64,000 bases of DNA. It comes from an uncultured Gammaproteobacteria bacterium. GTDB taxonomy: Bacteria; Patescibacteriota; Patescibacteriia; Patescibacteriales; UBA12465. A model generated the notes under the pieces. The model saw only the letters and a program-made list of their open reading frames with translations, searched no databases and had not been told where the DNA came from. The stretch covers positions 1,073-65,072 of the forward strand of contig CAZSNN010000001.1 in assembly GCA_964608425.1 (NCBI GenBank), read 5' to 3'. This document shows, one piece after another, positions 48,304 to 59,317 of this stretch; the first letter of the stretch is position 1, and each line of letters starts with the position of its first letter. A program made the translations under genes and the position numbers.

Positions 48304-49560
48304 TTACTCTTTTCTTAGGGCCTCTACTGGGTCAAGTCGACCAGCTTTTCTGGCCGGGAAAAGTCCGAAAATTACTCCAAAAAATAAGGCAAATAATATC
48401 GCCACTATAAAAGCTTTTAAGGGAACCGAAAAATTCCACTCTAAACCAAAATAATTAGCCCCTAAACAAATTAAAAACGAAGCTAAAATTCCTAAGATTA
48501 TTCCAATAATAGCCCCAATTAAAGTTATTAAAACAGATTCAATTAAAAATTGTTTCATGATATCAGAAAATTTTGCTCCAACAGCTTTGCGCAAACCAAT
48601 CTCCGGTGTTCTTTCGGAAACAACCACATACATAACATTTAATATCCCAACTCCACCAACAATTAAGGAAACGATAACAATTAATAACAATAAAATAGTT
48701 AAACTATTGGTGATATCCTTTGACATCTTCAACATCTCTTTCATGGTAGTGACCCTAAAGTCATCTCTATCAGGATCAGAGATATCATGATTTTCTCGTA
48801 AAATTTCTCTCATTGTTTCAGCGGTATCTTCAGCAATCTCTGGATCAACTACAGAATGAACAGTATACATAAAATAATCAATTCCCATAATCTTTTTCTG
48901 AAGAGTCTTAACTGGCAACAAAATCATAGAATCAAAATCAAAACCAACCGTAGAACCTCTCTCTTTCAAAACCCCAATGACTTCAAAACGACTTCGTTTT
49001 ATAGTAATAATTTTTCCAATCGGATCATCATCTCCAAAAATATCTTGAGCTATTTTATGACTCAAAACAGCTACCTGTGATAGCGACCTATTATCTGAGT
49101 CAGAAAAAAAATATCCGCTAGCTAACTCTGATTTATCAATATTTATATAATCCGGACCAACCCCAAATAAGAAAGCTTTTTTTGTTTCATTTAAATAACT
49201 AACTGTCTCTTGATTTAAAATAGCTCCATACCCACCACTAATATTAGGGATTCTTTTTATATCCTCTAGATCCTTCTCATTTAGAGTTGTTATTTGTATT
49301 CCGCTAGCCATGGCTCCCGCACTTTCGCTATCGGATTGATTTCCTTTCTTAGCGTTAGGAACTTTTATTTCTGTTTGAACAATATTGGTTCCAAAAGCTT
49401 CAATTTGTCCAACTATCAAGCCACTAATTCCCTCTCCGGCTGAAAAAACTATAACAATGCTAGCAATTCCAATAACCATACCTAAAACAGTTAATGTGGT
49501 CCTCATCTTATTCTTCAACATTGATATTAATGATAACTTAACAACTTCCTTTATTCTCAT
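48304..49560 (-). CDS. MacB/FtsX-like ABC permease
   Basis: RTTLTVLGMVIGI, VGGVGILNVM..ERTPEIGLRKAVGA, LDPVEALR. Confidence 0.92.
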   Translation of the reverse strand: MRIKEVVKLSLISMLKNKMRTTLTVLGMVIGIASIVIVFSAGEGISGLIVGQIEAFGTNIVQTEIKVPNAKKGNQSDSESAGAMASGIQITTLNEKDLEDIKRIPNISGGYGAILNQETVSYLNETKKAFLFGVGPDYINIDKSELASGYFFSDSDNRSLSQVAVLSHKIAQDIFGDDDPIGKIITIKRSRFEVIGVLKERGSTVGFDFDSMILLPVKTLQKKIMGIDYFMYTVHSVVDPEIAEDTAETMREILRENHDISDPDRDDFRVTTMKEMLKMSKDITNSLTILLLLIVIVSLIVGGVGILNVMYVVVSERTPEIGLRKAVGAKFSDIMKQFLIESVLITLIGAIIGIILGILASFLICLGANYFGLEWNFSVPLKAFIVAILFALFFGVIFGLFPARKAGRLDPVEALRKE

Positions 49561-49571
49561 ATTTAAAATAA

Positions 49572-50828
49572 TTATTCGTAACTTAAGGCTTCCACTGGTT
49601 CTAATTTGCTAGCTTTTTTAGCTGGATAAATACCAAATATAAGACCAATCAAAGCTGAAATAGTCACAGCCAAAATAATAGAAAATATTCCTACTTCAAA
49701 AGACCAGTCATAATTAAGTGCTTTCATAATAATCGAAATTATCCAAGAAAAAAATATTCCAGATATCACTCCAATAATTCCACCAATTAATGTTAAAAAA
49801 ATTGATTCTAATAAAAATTGATTAGTAATATTTTTATTAGTAGCGCCAAGAGCCTTTCTGAGACCAATTTCTCTAGTTCTTTCATTAACACTAATTAACA
49901 TAATATTCATAATACCAATTCCCCCAACAACTAAGGAAAGACTAGCCATTAGAGCAAGGAAATATTTCAAAGCATTGGTAATATTTTTTACCAAGTCTAA
50001 TAGTTCCGTCAAACTTCTGACTGAGAAGTCATCACTATCACCGCTCTGATCTTTAATACCATGATTATCTCTAACTATATTCTCAATATTAAAAATAACA
50101 TCATCAATATTGGCTGATTCACTAACCCTAATACTTATATCATTTAAATAATTTATTCCAGCGATATTTTTTTGCATGGTTTTTAGAGGCAATAAAACTT
50201 TATTATCATAATCCCTAAAAGCAACCTGCCCTCTTTCTTCTAAAACACCAATAACATCAAAAATTTGTTTTTTAATTTTTATTTTTTGTCCGATTGGATC
50301 AGAGTCTCCAAACAATTCCTGCTTAACAGCATAACCAAGGACAGCCACTCTAGATAAACTATCATTTTCCTCTTCACTAAAAAAACGACCCGAAGATAAT
50401 TCTCCACCCTCAACTTCTAAATATGTCTGAGTAACTCCTTCTAGGTTTGTGTCATAAAAATTATTTTTAAATGAAACTGTACCAACTCCGTTTACGTAAG
50501 CAGTAATTGCTTCTATGTTTAAGTTGTCCTTATTTTTTTCAATACTTTTAAGATCATCTAGGCTCAAAGAAGTAACCACAATACCCAAAACAGAAGTAGG
50601 TGGTCCCTGATCATCAGATTTTCCCGGAGTAATAGAAATTAAATTAGTTCCTAATCCTTCAATTTGACCCAATATCAAACTTTGAGCTCCGGCCCCAACA
50701 GACATTATCACGATAACCGAAGCTACTCCGATTATAATTCCTAACATAGTTAAAAAGCTCCTAGCTTTATTGGCTTTAAGAGCTTTAATTGAGGTTCTAA
50801 AAGCTTGTTTTAATGATAAAAAATTCAT
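49572..50828 (-). CDS. MacB/FtsX-like ABC permease
   Basis: RSFLTMLGIIIGV, VGGIGIMNIM..ERTREIGLRKALGA. Confidence 0.92.
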   Translation of the reverse strand: MNFLSLKQAFRTSIKALKANKARSFLTMLGIIIGVASVIVIMSVGAGAQSLILGQIEGLGTNLISITPGKSDDQGPPTSVLGIVVTSLSLDDLKSIEKNKDNLNIEAITAYVNGVGTVSFKNNFYDTNLEGVTQTYLEVEGGELSSGRFFSEEENDSLSRVAVLGYAVKQELFGDSDPIGQKIKIKKQIFDVIGVLEERGQVAFRDYDNKVLLPLKTMQKNIAGINYLNDISIRVSESANIDDVIFNIENIVRDNHGIKDQSGDSDDFSVRSLTELLDLVKNITNALKYFLALMASLSLVVGGIGIMNIMLISVNERTREIGLRKALGATNKNITNQFLLESIFLTLIGGIIGVISGIFFSWIISIIMKALNYDWSFEVGIFSIILAVTISALIGLIFGIYPAKKASKLEPVEALSYE

Positions 50829-50829
50829 G

Positions 50830-51543
50830 TTATTTTAAGATCATACCATCTTGAGCAATTTTTCTATTTTTTACTTCCTCGTCACTAACAATTAGGCCAT
50901 CCTTAATTTTAATGATTCTTTTGGCGTGTTCAGCTGTGTAGGTTTCATGGGTAACTAAAATAATGGTATTTCCTTCTTCATTTAATTTTTGTAAAATTTG
51001 CATAATCTGAACACCGGATTTAGAATCTAAATTTCCAGTTGGCTCATCAGCAAAAATAACCGAGGGTTCATTAACTAAAGCACGAGCAATAGCAACCCTT
51101 TGTTTTTCTCCTCCAGAAATTTGATTAGTATAATAATTAAAACGATGAGATAGGCCAACTTCAGTCAAAACTTTTTTAGCTCTATCTACCATATTTTTTC
51201 TATTACTAGAATAAGCCAGAGGTAAAATCACGTTATCAAGAACCGAGGTTTTTGATAAAAGATTAAAAGACTGAAAAACAAAACCTATCTTTTCATTTCT
51301 AAAAGAAGCCAATTGATCATCATCCATTTTACTAACATCCTCTCCGGCAAATTCATAAACACCGCTACTAAGACGATCTAATAGCCCTAAGATATGCATC
51401 AGAGTTGATTTTCCAGAACCAGATGGCCCCATTATAGAAACAAATTCACCATCCTTAATATCAAAAGAAACTCCCTGTAAAACCTTAGTGACAACATCAC
51501 TGGAAGAATATTCCTTTTTTAAATCTTTAATTCTAATTAACAT
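50830..51543 (-). CDS. ABC transporter ATP-binding protein (MacB/LolD-like)
   Basis: [33 protein letters not shown]. Confidence 0.95.
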   Translation of the reverse strand: MLIRIKDLKKEYSSSDVVTKVLQGVSFDIKDGEFVSIMGPSGSGKSTLMHILGLLDRLSSGVYEFAGEDVSKMDDDQLASFRNEKIGFVFQSFNLLSKTSVLDNVILPLAYSSNRKNMVDRAKKVLTEVGLSHRFNYYTNQISGGEKQRVAIARALVNEPSVIFADEPTGNLDSKSGVQIMQILQKLNEEGNTIILVTHETYTAEHAKRIIKIKDGLIVSDEEVKNRKIAQDGMILK

Positions 51544-51555
51544 AGTCTTAAAATA

Positions 51556-53469
51556 TTATTTGCCATTTTTAATGGCAGTAATTATGACATCACCCTCTTT
51601 TAAATCTTCGGAAATAATTTCTATCATAGCCTGATCACCAGAAATCCCTACCTTAACTGGAATTTCTTTAACGTCCTTACCGTTCAATACCCTAACATAT
51701 CTATCTCCACCATTTCTCAACAATACTGTTCTTGATGGTAAAACTAAAACATCTTTTTTAAAATTAGTAATAATATCAACATTGGCAGTCATGCCAGACT
51801 TAATAATAAAACCATTTTTATCTAATTCATCTTCAGGAAAATTTATTTTAATTTTATAGTAAATAACATCCGATATAGAGGTAGCGGCTGGTTCTACAAA
51901 ATAAACATGACCCGAAACTTTATACTCATCGCCGAAAGCATCAAAATTAACCAAAGCTTCATTGTCAATTTTTATTTTAGAAATATCAGATTCAGAAATA
52001 TATACCTCAATTTCAAAATTATTTTCTGTTAATAAATTAATTACTGGACTGGCCCCGCTGATTTGCTCGCCAATCTCATAATTAATTTTGGTAATTTTTC
52101 CGTTGATTGGAGCTTTAATTTTGTTTTCCTCAATTTGTTTTTCCACTAAACTTAAACTAGCTAAAGCTTGATCAACTTGAGCTTGGGCTAATTTTAAATC
52201 ATCGGACTTAGCCGGAGTTTTTAATTTAATTAATTGTAATTTAGCAACTTCATAAGATTTTTTAGTAGAGTCTACCCTAGCCTCAGCCGAAATTATTTGC
52301 TGATCACTGTTTATCCTAACTAAACTTAAATTATTTTCAGCACTAGAGATAGCATCACTTAAGGCCGCTTTAGCTCTATTTAAATTATCTTCGGCACTAG
52401 ATACACTAGTAGAATAATTTAGAGTTGAATTAGAAAAACTAAAATAAGAAGTTTGTACCGATAAAATTGAAGAGTTAATATATCCCTTATTAGTGTTAAT
52501 ACTGGTTTTAAAAGCATCTAAAGAGGTTTGGGTAAAAGTTGAAGAAGTAATAGTGTTTTCTAAAGCACTAAAACAATTGTTTAAAGTATTAAAAGTTCTT
52601 TCTAAAAAAGAAATCAACTCATCGGAGGCCTTTTTAATGTTTTCCTGACTAGGATTTTCTTTAGCGATTCTAATATAAGACTCTATTTGGGGCAAAGCCT
52701 CTATAGATTCATCATAAGATCTTTCAGCTGACACTTTATAATAATAATTTCTAACACTAAAAACGTTTTCAATATCATTGTCTTCTAAAATTCTCTTAGT
52801 AGCATCTAAAGCTGAGCGAGAAACCGAAAAATTATAATCCAAGGCTGATAATAACGAATTTCTACTATTATCCATAGTTTGCCGGCTAGTTCTTTCGGTA
52901 TTAGAAAGATTTATTTCGGCTGACTCTACCGCCTGTTTGATAGCCATAGGAGCCTGAGAATTAGGAGATTTTAGATCATTTAAATTTTTCTCAGCCTGAT
53001 AGATGCTTTCGGAAACTAATTTTTTAGTTTGAATTAGATCATCTTGAGCCGATTTATAAGCTCCCTCAGCCTGTCTACCCTGGGCCTCTAAAACGGCAAT
53101 ATCCTCATAAGAAGCTCCTTTAATTAATTTATCCTGATTGGTTTTAGAAATATTAACAGCTGCCAAGGCTTCTTCCTTCCTTATTAATAAAGAAGAATAA
53201 TCAAGTTCAGCCAAAACATCTCCTTCAACAACCTGATCTCCAACTTTAAAATAAACCTCTTTTAGTTTGCCAACTTGAGAAAAATTTAAACCCACTTCTT
53301 GACTGGCCTTAACTGTCCCAATTTCACTAACAGTTTGCTTTAAATCTTGTTTTTTTAATTCGGTAGTCGAATATTCAACCTTATCTTTTTTAAAAACAAA
53401 AGATAAAACGATAATCAACGCTATTAAAATAACTAAACCAATAATAATTAATTTTTTTCTTCTTTTCAT
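51556..53469 (-). CDS. Membrane-fusion (MacA/HlyD-like) adaptor with long coiled-coil insert
   Basis: N-terminal TM; lipoyl halves VGDQVVEGDVLAEL and IKAPINGKI; SGMTANVDI. Confidence 0.88.
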   Translation of the reverse strand: MKRRKKLIIIGLVILIALIIVLSFVFKKDKVEYSTTELKKQDLKQTVSEIGTVKASQEVGLNFSQVGKLKEVYFKVGDQVVEGDVLAELDYSSLLIRKEEALAAVNISKTNQDKLIKGASYEDIAVLEAQGRQAEGAYKSAQDDLIQTKKLVSESIYQAEKNLNDLKSPNSQAPMAIKQAVESAEINLSNTERTSRQTMDNSRNSLLSALDYNFSVSRSALDATKRILEDNDIENVFSVRNYYYKVSAERSYDESIEALPQIESYIRIAKENPSQENIKKASDELISFLERTFNTLNNCFSALENTITSSTFTQTSLDAFKTSINTNKGYINSSILSVQTSYFSFSNSTLNYSTSVSSAEDNLNRAKAALSDAISSAENNLSLVRINSDQQIISAEARVDSTKKSYEVAKLQLIKLKTPAKSDDLKLAQAQVDQALASLSLVEKQIEENKIKAPINGKITKINYEIGEQISGASPVINLLTENNFEIEVYISESDISKIKIDNEALVNFDAFGDEYKVSGHVYFVEPAATSISDVIYYKIKINFPEDELDKNGFIIKSGMTANVDIITNFKKDVLVLPSRTVLLRNGGDRYVRVLNGKDVKEIPVKVGISGDQAMIEIISEDLKEGDVIITAIKNGK

Positions 53470-53483
53470 ATTTTTATTTAATA

Positions 53484-53921
53484 TTAATCCATAACAATAT
53501 CATCGGGGCTTTCAGCGTCATCATTTTCTTCAAATTCCTTACCACCTCTCTCCATAATACGCATCACCTTATTAGAAAAAGTGTAGATATCAAATTCGTT
53601 TTTCATAAAATAGTAATTAGCTCCCAAACCAACACTTCGACTTCGACCATCCTCTTCACTTAAGTCGGTGAAAATAAAAATTTCAGCATCAGAGATAGCT
53701 TCGTCCTCTTTAATTCTTTTAACGATCTCTAATCCATCTACTTTTGGCAAAATTAAATCCAAAACAATAATTTTAGGTTGAAATTTTTTTATTCTAGCCA
53801 AAAGATCTTCCAGCTCTTCATTAGAATCACTGGTTTCCACCTCGTAATCATTAGAAGAAAAAATATCCCTTAAACCATAAAGAATATTAATATCATCTTC
53901 TATTATAAAAACATTTTTCAT
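53484..53921 (-). CDS. Single-domain response regulator
   Basis: IIEDD, VLDLILPKVDG, T and K receiver residues; no output domain. Confidence 0.9.
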   Translation of the reverse strand: MKNVFIIEDDINILYGLRDIFSSNDYEVETSDSNEELEDLLARIKKFQPKIIVLDLILPKVDGLEIVKRIKEDEAISDAEIFIFTDLSEEDGRSRSVGLGANYYFMKNEFDIYTFSNKVMRIMERGGKEFEENDDAESPDDIVMD

Positions 53922-53952
53922 AATTTTAAAAATTAATTATAAACTAAATATA

Positions 53953-54933
53953 TTATTTTATTAAATCTTTAAATTTTAATAAACCATTTTGTGCTCCAGC
54001 TAGCGACACAACCGAAGAAACATTTTTTACGCCCAAATACATAGCCTTCTTATAATCTCCATCAAATTTTATTAAGCACCCAACCACGGTGGAGCCAAAA
54101 GCATCGCCTACTCCCGTAGAATCAATCCTATTCTGATTTTTGATTATTCTTTGATGATAAAAATTGGTCCCATCAAAAAAATAAGCCCCCTTAACTCCAT
54201 CAGTTAAAATCACTTTTTGCGGACCCGAGTCTTTTAATACTTTTATCAGATTTTTTATATCATTCAAAAACTCATTTTTTAGGCCAGAAAACTTCTTTGT
54301 TTTTTTTACCAATTCCAAGGCTTCATCTTTATTTAAAATTAAAATCTCAGTGTTTTTTAAAAATTTTTTAATTGGATAAATTCCTCTTGACAATTGAGAC
54401 ACGCCTGGATTCCAGGCAATATTTTTTTTATTTAAAAATATTTTTTCTAAATTACCTTGGGAATCAGTTGGCAAAGAAGTTAAATAAACCCATTCAGTAA
54501 GTTTAATATTTTTTTCTTGTTTTTTAGAAACAGAGAAATTATCATTAGCCCCACGGTAAGTAAATATAATTCTATCTTTCTTGTTATTTATAATAAAAGA
54601 GAAACCAGAATCGTTCTTCTTATCGACTTCTATAAAACTATGTTCAATATTATTATTTTCCAAGTTTTCTAATATTCTAAAACCACGTTCATCCTGTCCA
54701 ATTTTTGAAAAACAAGCCACCTTAAAACCAAGTCCCGATAAATTAATGGCCGAATTAGAAGCCCCTCCGCCAAAATAATGGCCAAATTCTTTAATATTAA
54801 TTTTGGCTCCATATTCAAAAGCTAATAGTTTTTCCCTTAAAATGTCAGCCTTATTATCTATTAAAACCCCTTCTTCTGTAAAGAAGACTATATCCTCGGT
54901 CACCCCTCCAATTGTTATAAAATCATATTTCAT
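53953..54933 (-). CDS. PfkB-family carbohydrate kinase
   Basis: GGGASNSA, NKDEA, DSTGVGDAFGS. Confidence 0.9.
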   Translation of the reverse strand: MKYDFITIGGVTEDIVFFTEEGVLIDNKADILREKLLAFEYGAKINIKEFGHYFGGGASNSAINLSGLGFKVACFSKIGQDERGFRILENLENNNIEHSFIEVDKKNDSGFSFIINNKKDRIIFTYRGANDNFSVSKKQEKNIKLTEWVYLTSLPTDSQGNLEKIFLNKKNIAWNPGVSQLSRGIYPIKKFLKNTEILILNKDEALELVKKTKKFSGLKNEFLNDIKNLIKVLKDSGPQKVILTDGVKGAYFFDGTNFYHQRIIKNQNRIDSTGVGDAFGSTVVGCLIKFDGDYKKAMYLGVKNVSSVVSLAGAQNGLLKFKDLIK

Positions 54934-54965
54934 AATAAAACGATTAATTCCCTATAATTATAACA

Positions 54966-55502
54966 TTAAAAATCTCTTTTATCAAAAGAAAGCGCCCCAT
55001 GAGATCTTTTTTGAGAATTTAAAAAATAAAAAGACAAAATTATTCCGACACTCAGCCAGGCTAGTTCTAATAATAAATTAAACCAAAAGAATTTATTAAA
55101 CCAAAATAGGCCAAAAAAGCTCTTTTCAAATAAAAATAATAGGAAATATAAAAATAAATTATAGAAGATAGAGAAAACCGCTGTTATTGATAGAAAAGAA
55201 TAAATTGATCTATTAGTAAAAAAATTATTCCAAATAAAATTAGCCAATATTAAGGTTAATAGGAGGGATATGGAGTAAATTCCAAAGGGATAGAAAGAAA
55301 AAATGTCTAGAATAAACCCCGTTATTAAAGCAAATAACAAAGATTTATCAAAATTATTAAAAATAAAAAACCAGACGACAAAAAATAAAGCAATATTTAT
55401 TTTTCCCCAAAAACCGGGCAAAGAATTTAAAAAAGATAATTGAATTAAAATAATAATTAAGGACAAAGAAAATAATTTAAAAAATTTCCAATACTTATTC
55501 AT
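54966..55502 (-). CDS. mreD: Rod shape protein MreD
   Basis: Hydrophobic ORF with GFILDIFS..FG, directly downstream of mreC. Confidence 0.75.
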   Translation of the reverse strand: MNKYWKFFKLFSLSLIIILIQLSFLNSLPGFWGKINIALFFVVWFFIFNNFDKSLLFALITGFILDIFSFYPFGIYSISLLLTLILANFIWNNFFTNRSIYSFLSITAVFSIFYNLFLYFLLFLFEKSFFGLFWFNKFFWFNLLLELAWLSVGIILSFYFLNSQKRSHGALSFDKRDF

Positions 55503-55512
55503 TATATCAAAA

Positions 55513-56322
55513 TTATTGTTTAGGTATTATAATCGAAACTATATTCAAATTATTAATATTAAATAAAGCTTCGGCATTAACGTTTTGCCAAATATCATTG
55601 ACCTCTTGTTCAATGTTATTTATTCTGGCAACGGCCAAACCACGTGGAATATCTTTCTCTAGCCCAGAAGTAATAACCATATCTCCAACACTAACTATCT
55701 CATTCTGAGACACAAAATTTAGTTTTACCGACAAACCTAAATCACCTTCGGCCAATCCAATACTAGAGCTAGAATTATTTATTGATACTGCCATTTTACA
55801 AAAATTATTGTTTATCAAACAAACTCGAGAATTAGTTTCATTAACTTCAATTACTTTTCCAACAATAACACCCGATTCATTAACGACAGCCAAACCAATT
55901 CTTAGGCCATCTTTAGCCCCTTTATTAATAACAATATTTTGATTATAACTGGAAAGGTTTAATAAATTCTCCTGCCAAAGAACCTTGGCCAAAACATATT
56001 CATAAGAATTTTCTTCAAAAAACTTTAAATATTGTCGCAATTTTTCATTTTCCTCCTCTAGTGAATATAGACGAGCTAACTCAGCCTGGCTCGATTCAAT
56101 ACTTTTCTCCAGGCTGGAAATGTTTTCTATCAGCTCTGGTTTTGATTTAGTATCCAAAGAAGAAAATGAAGAAAAATTTTTAATAAAAAAACTACCCGGA
56201 TATATTATTTTAAATAATAACCTTTGGCCAAAAGAAGAAAAACCAATTATATTTAAAAAAATAAGCAGTACCGCCACTGCTAAAAAAAATCGATATTTTT
56301 TTTTATCTTTAAAAAAATTCAT
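55513..56322 (-). CDS. mreC: Rod shape protein MreC
   Basis: LEEENEKLR, INKGAKDG, GDMVITSGL..IPRGL. Confidence 0.92.
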   Translation of the reverse strand: MNFFKDKKKYRFFLAVAVLLIFLNIIGFSSFGQRLLFKIIYPGSFFIKNFSSFSSLDTKSKPELIENISSLEKSIESSQAELARLYSLEEENEKLRQYLKFFEENSYEYVLAKVLWQENLLNLSSYNQNIVINKGAKDGLRIGLAVVNESGVIVGKVIEVNETNSRVCLINNNFCKMAVSINNSSSSIGLAEGDLGLSVKLNFVSQNEIVSVGDMVITSGLEKDIPRGLAVARINNIEQEVNDIWQNVNAEALFNINNLNIVSIIIPKQ

Positions 56323-56329
56323 AATTTTA

Positions 56330-57373
56330 CTAGGCGCTCAAAATTGAAGTAATTTTTTTTAATAAATCTTCATTAGAAAATAAACTACCAGAACCACGAA
56401 CCATAGCAGAAAGAGGGTCGTCTACTACCACCACTGGAATTTTAGTAGCTTTAGAAATCAATTTATCTAAACCATAAAGCAAAGCTCCGCCGCCACTTAA
56501 ATAAAGTCCATGCTCATAAATATCAGCTACTAATTCGGGGGGGGTCTCCTCTAGGGTCAATTTAATATTTTCAACTATTTTAATAATTGTTTTTTTAATA
56601 GCATCTCTAACCTGAGAGTCAGTAATAGTAATAGCAGTTGGCAGGCCGTTAATCAAATCTCTTCCTCGGATTTCCATAGATCTATCTTCGTCAAAAGGAA
56701 TAACCGAAGCTAAATTTATTTTTATTTTTTCAGCTAATTGTTCCCCAATTAAAACATTAAAATTATCTCTAACATAATCTGTGATATTATTGTCTAATTC
56801 GTTTCCAGCTAAACGTAAAGATTTCCAAGAAACTACACCCGACAAGGAAATCACAGCAATATCAGTAGTTCCTCCACCAATATCAACAATCATGTTAGCT
56901 CGAGGACTATCCACTGGAAGATCAGCTCCTAAAGCTGCAGCCATAACTTCTTCTATTAAATAAACCTTTCTGGCTCCAGCTGATTTAGCCGCGTCTTCAA
57001 CAGCCTTCTTTTCTACTTCAGTGATATCCAATGGAATCCCAATAATAACTCGGGGACGTGGTAAAAAAGAAAAACCCTCTCCATGAACTTTATTAATAAA
57101 ATGCTTTAACATTTTTTCAGTAATCTCAAAATCAGAAATTACCCCATCAACCAAAGGTTTAACAGCCTGAATATGGGCTGGTGTTTTACCAACCATTTTT
57201 TTAGCCTCATGGCCAATTTCCAAAATTTCAGTAGTTTTAGTATTAATAGCTACAACACTAGGTTCATTAATAATAATTCCCTTCTTATCAACATAAACTA
57301 AAGTATTTTTAGTTCCCAAATCAATAGCAATATCGTATCCCAAACTAGTAAATTTTTTTAAAAAATTAAACAT
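56330..57373 (-). CDS. mreB: Rod shape protein MreB
   Basis: AIDLGTKNT, NEPSVVA, DIGGGTTD, TPPEL; precedes mreCD. Confidence 0.95.
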   Translation of the reverse strand: MFNFLKKFTSLGYDIAIDLGTKNTLVYVDKKGIIINEPSVVAINTKTTEILEIGHEAKKMVGKTPAHIQAVKPLVDGVISDFEITEKMLKHFINKVHGEGFSFLPRPRVIIGIPLDITEVEKKAVEDAAKSAGARKVYLIEEVMAAALGADLPVDSPRANMIVDIGGGTTDIAVISLSGVVSWKSLRLAGNELDNNITDYVRDNFNVLIGEQLAEKIKINLASVIPFDEDRSMEIRGRDLINGLPTAITITDSQVRDAIKKTIIKIVENIKLTLEETPPELVADIYEHGLYLSGGGALLYGLDKLISKATKIPVVVVDDPLSAMVRGSGSLFSNEDLLKKITSILSA

Positions 57374-57374
57374 A

Positions 57375-58613
57375 TTATAATTTATTTTTTAAATAAGTTA
57401 TTAGATCTTTTATTTCCACCATTTTAACATCATCTTCTTTTCTCAATTTAATTTCGATCTTATTATCAGATAAAGTTTTAGCGCTTAAAACCAATCTAAC
57501 AGGACAACCAATTAGATCAGCATCAGCAAATTTTTCTCCAGCTGAAAGTTCATCACGATCATCATATAAAACATCAAAACCAGCCAAAATTAATTCCTGA
57601 TAAATTTTTTCAGCTTCATCATTTTGTTTTAAAGATATTAAATGAATAAAGAAAGGAGCTATATCTTCTGGCCAAACAATACCCCTGTCATCATGATAGA
57701 CCTCCACGATAGTTCCTAGTATTCTGCTAGGACCCATACCATAACAACCCATGACAATATCGCCAATATCGCCAGATTGATTCTTGTACTGAAAACCAAA
57801 AGGCTTAGAAAACTTAGTTCCTAATTTAAAAATATTTCCCACCTCGATAGCCTTTTCTTCTTTAAAATCATGACCGCCACATTCAGGGCAATCTTTTTGT
57901 TCTTCTATTATTTCTCGATTAATAGCAGTTTTACATTTCTGACAAACATAAATAAGGTCCTCTCCAGCTGAACAAACGGTTTGAAATTCATGAGAATATT
58001 TAGAAAAAGCCCCTCCGGAAGAATAGGTTAAATGAGTAATTTCTCCTAAACCCAATCTTTTATAGATATTAAAATAGGTTTGTTTAACTTTTTCATAATA
58101 AATATCTAGATCTTCCTGAGATACATGAAAGGAATATAAATCTTTCATAGAAAATTCTCGGCCTCGAAGCAGTCCAGCTTTAGCTCTTTTTTCATTACGA
58201 AATTTAGTTTGAATTTGATAAATAGCAAAAGGCAAATCTCGATAAGACAAAGTAAATTTTTGAGCCAGTGGAGTAACAATCTCTTCATGAGTAGCTCCCA
58301 TAGCATATTCTTTATCATCTGAACCAGCCAGTTTAAATAAAGCATCAAAATTCTCCCAACGATCAGTTGTTTGCCAAACTTCCTTAGGAGTAAGAGCGGG
58401 CATCAAAACTTCTTGCCCACCGACAGCGTTAATTTCCTCTCTAATAATGTTATTTATTTTATTTAAAACTTTTAATCCTAAAGGCAAAAAAGTATAAATT
58501 CCAGCTCCAACCTTATCAATAAAACCAGCCCTCATTAAAGTTTGAGCATTATATGAGGTTTCATCCTTAGGTAATTCTTTAATTGTTTTAGTAAATAGAA
58601 ATGATTGTTTCAT
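57375..58613 (-). CDS. proS: Proline--tRNA ligase (no INS editing domain)
   Basis: ATHEE, YQIQTKFRNE, GLLRGREF, IEVGNIFKLG, MGCYG. Confidence 0.96.
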   Translation of the reverse strand: MKQSFLFTKTIKELPKDETSYNAQTLMRAGFIDKVGAGIYTFLPLGLKVLNKINNIIREEINAVGGQEVLMPALTPKEVWQTTDRWENFDALFKLAGSDDKEYAMGATHEEIVTPLAQKFTLSYRDLPFAIYQIQTKFRNEKRAKAGLLRGREFSMKDLYSFHVSQEDLDIYYEKVKQTYFNIYKRLGLGEITHLTYSSGGAFSKYSHEFQTVCSAGEDLIYVCQKCKTAINREIIEEQKDCPECGGHDFKEEKAIEVGNIFKLGTKFSKPFGFQYKNQSGDIGDIVMGCYGMGPSRILGTIVEVYHDDRGIVWPEDIAPFFIHLISLKQNDEAEKIYQELILAGFDVLYDDRDELSAGEKFADADLIGCPVRLVLSAKTLSDNKIEIKLRKEDDVKMVEIKDLITYLKNKL

Positions 58614-58688
58614 ATGTGTTTTTCAACAAAAAAATTTGTTTTTATTATCCAAAAACAAGAAAACTTAATATTATTACTATAACTAAAA

Positions 58689-58717
58689 AAAATGCTTTTG
58701 TAAATACTAAGCATTTT
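58689..58717 (-). terminator. Hairpin terminator after ruvA
   Basis: AAAATGCTT..AAGCATTTT inverted repeat with T-run on minus strand. Confidence 0.55.
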
Positions 58718-58740
58718 AAAAAATAATAAAAAAAATATGA

Positions 58741-59313
58741 TTATTTGGCTAATTTTTTCAAAGCCTCTTTTATGCGTTGACCACTATCTAAAATATCATT
58801 ATCAACCTGCTTTAAAGCCTCTCGAGCTTCAAATATTGAATACCCTAGGGCCATCAAAGCATCAATTTCATCCCCAAAAAATCCAGCCTCCGACAAATCA
58901 TAATCTCCACCCATTTTAAGTAATTTATCTTTTAACTCTAAAACTACTCTTTCGGCCGTTTTTTTACCAATACCAGAGACCTTAGTTAAAAGGTGAGAGT
59001 CTCCCCGAACAATAGACTCCTTAATATCATCTAAATTAGCTATAGCCAGAACAGATAAAGCTGACTTCGGACCAACTCCAGAGATGGAAATAAGCAATTT
59101 AAAGAATTCTAATTCAGCTAAACTTTTAAAACCATATAAATCTAAAGCATCTTCTTTAACATGTTGATGAGTAAAAATCTCTATCATCTGGCCAACCTTT
59201 AATTCATTTAAAAAATTATCACTAACAAAAATAGTATAACCAACGTTATTCACTTCAAAAACAATATTATTTTTTAGCTTATAAATAATTTTCCCTTTTA
59301 GATATGAAATCAT
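58741..59313 (-). CDS. ruvA: Holliday junction branch migration protein RuvA
   Basis: VNNVGY, LYGF, ISGVGPKSAL, GIGKKTAER. Confidence 0.96.
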   Translation of the reverse strand: MISYLKGKIIYKLKNNIVFEVNNVGYTIFVSDNFLNELKVGQMIEIFTHQHVKEDALDLYGFKSLAELEFFKLLISISGVGPKSALSVLAIANLDDIKESIVRGDSHLLTKVSGIGKKTAERVVLELKDKLLKMGGDYDLSEAGFFGDEIDALMALGYSIFEAREALKQVDNDILDSGQRIKEALKKLAK

Positions 59314-59317
59314 ATTT

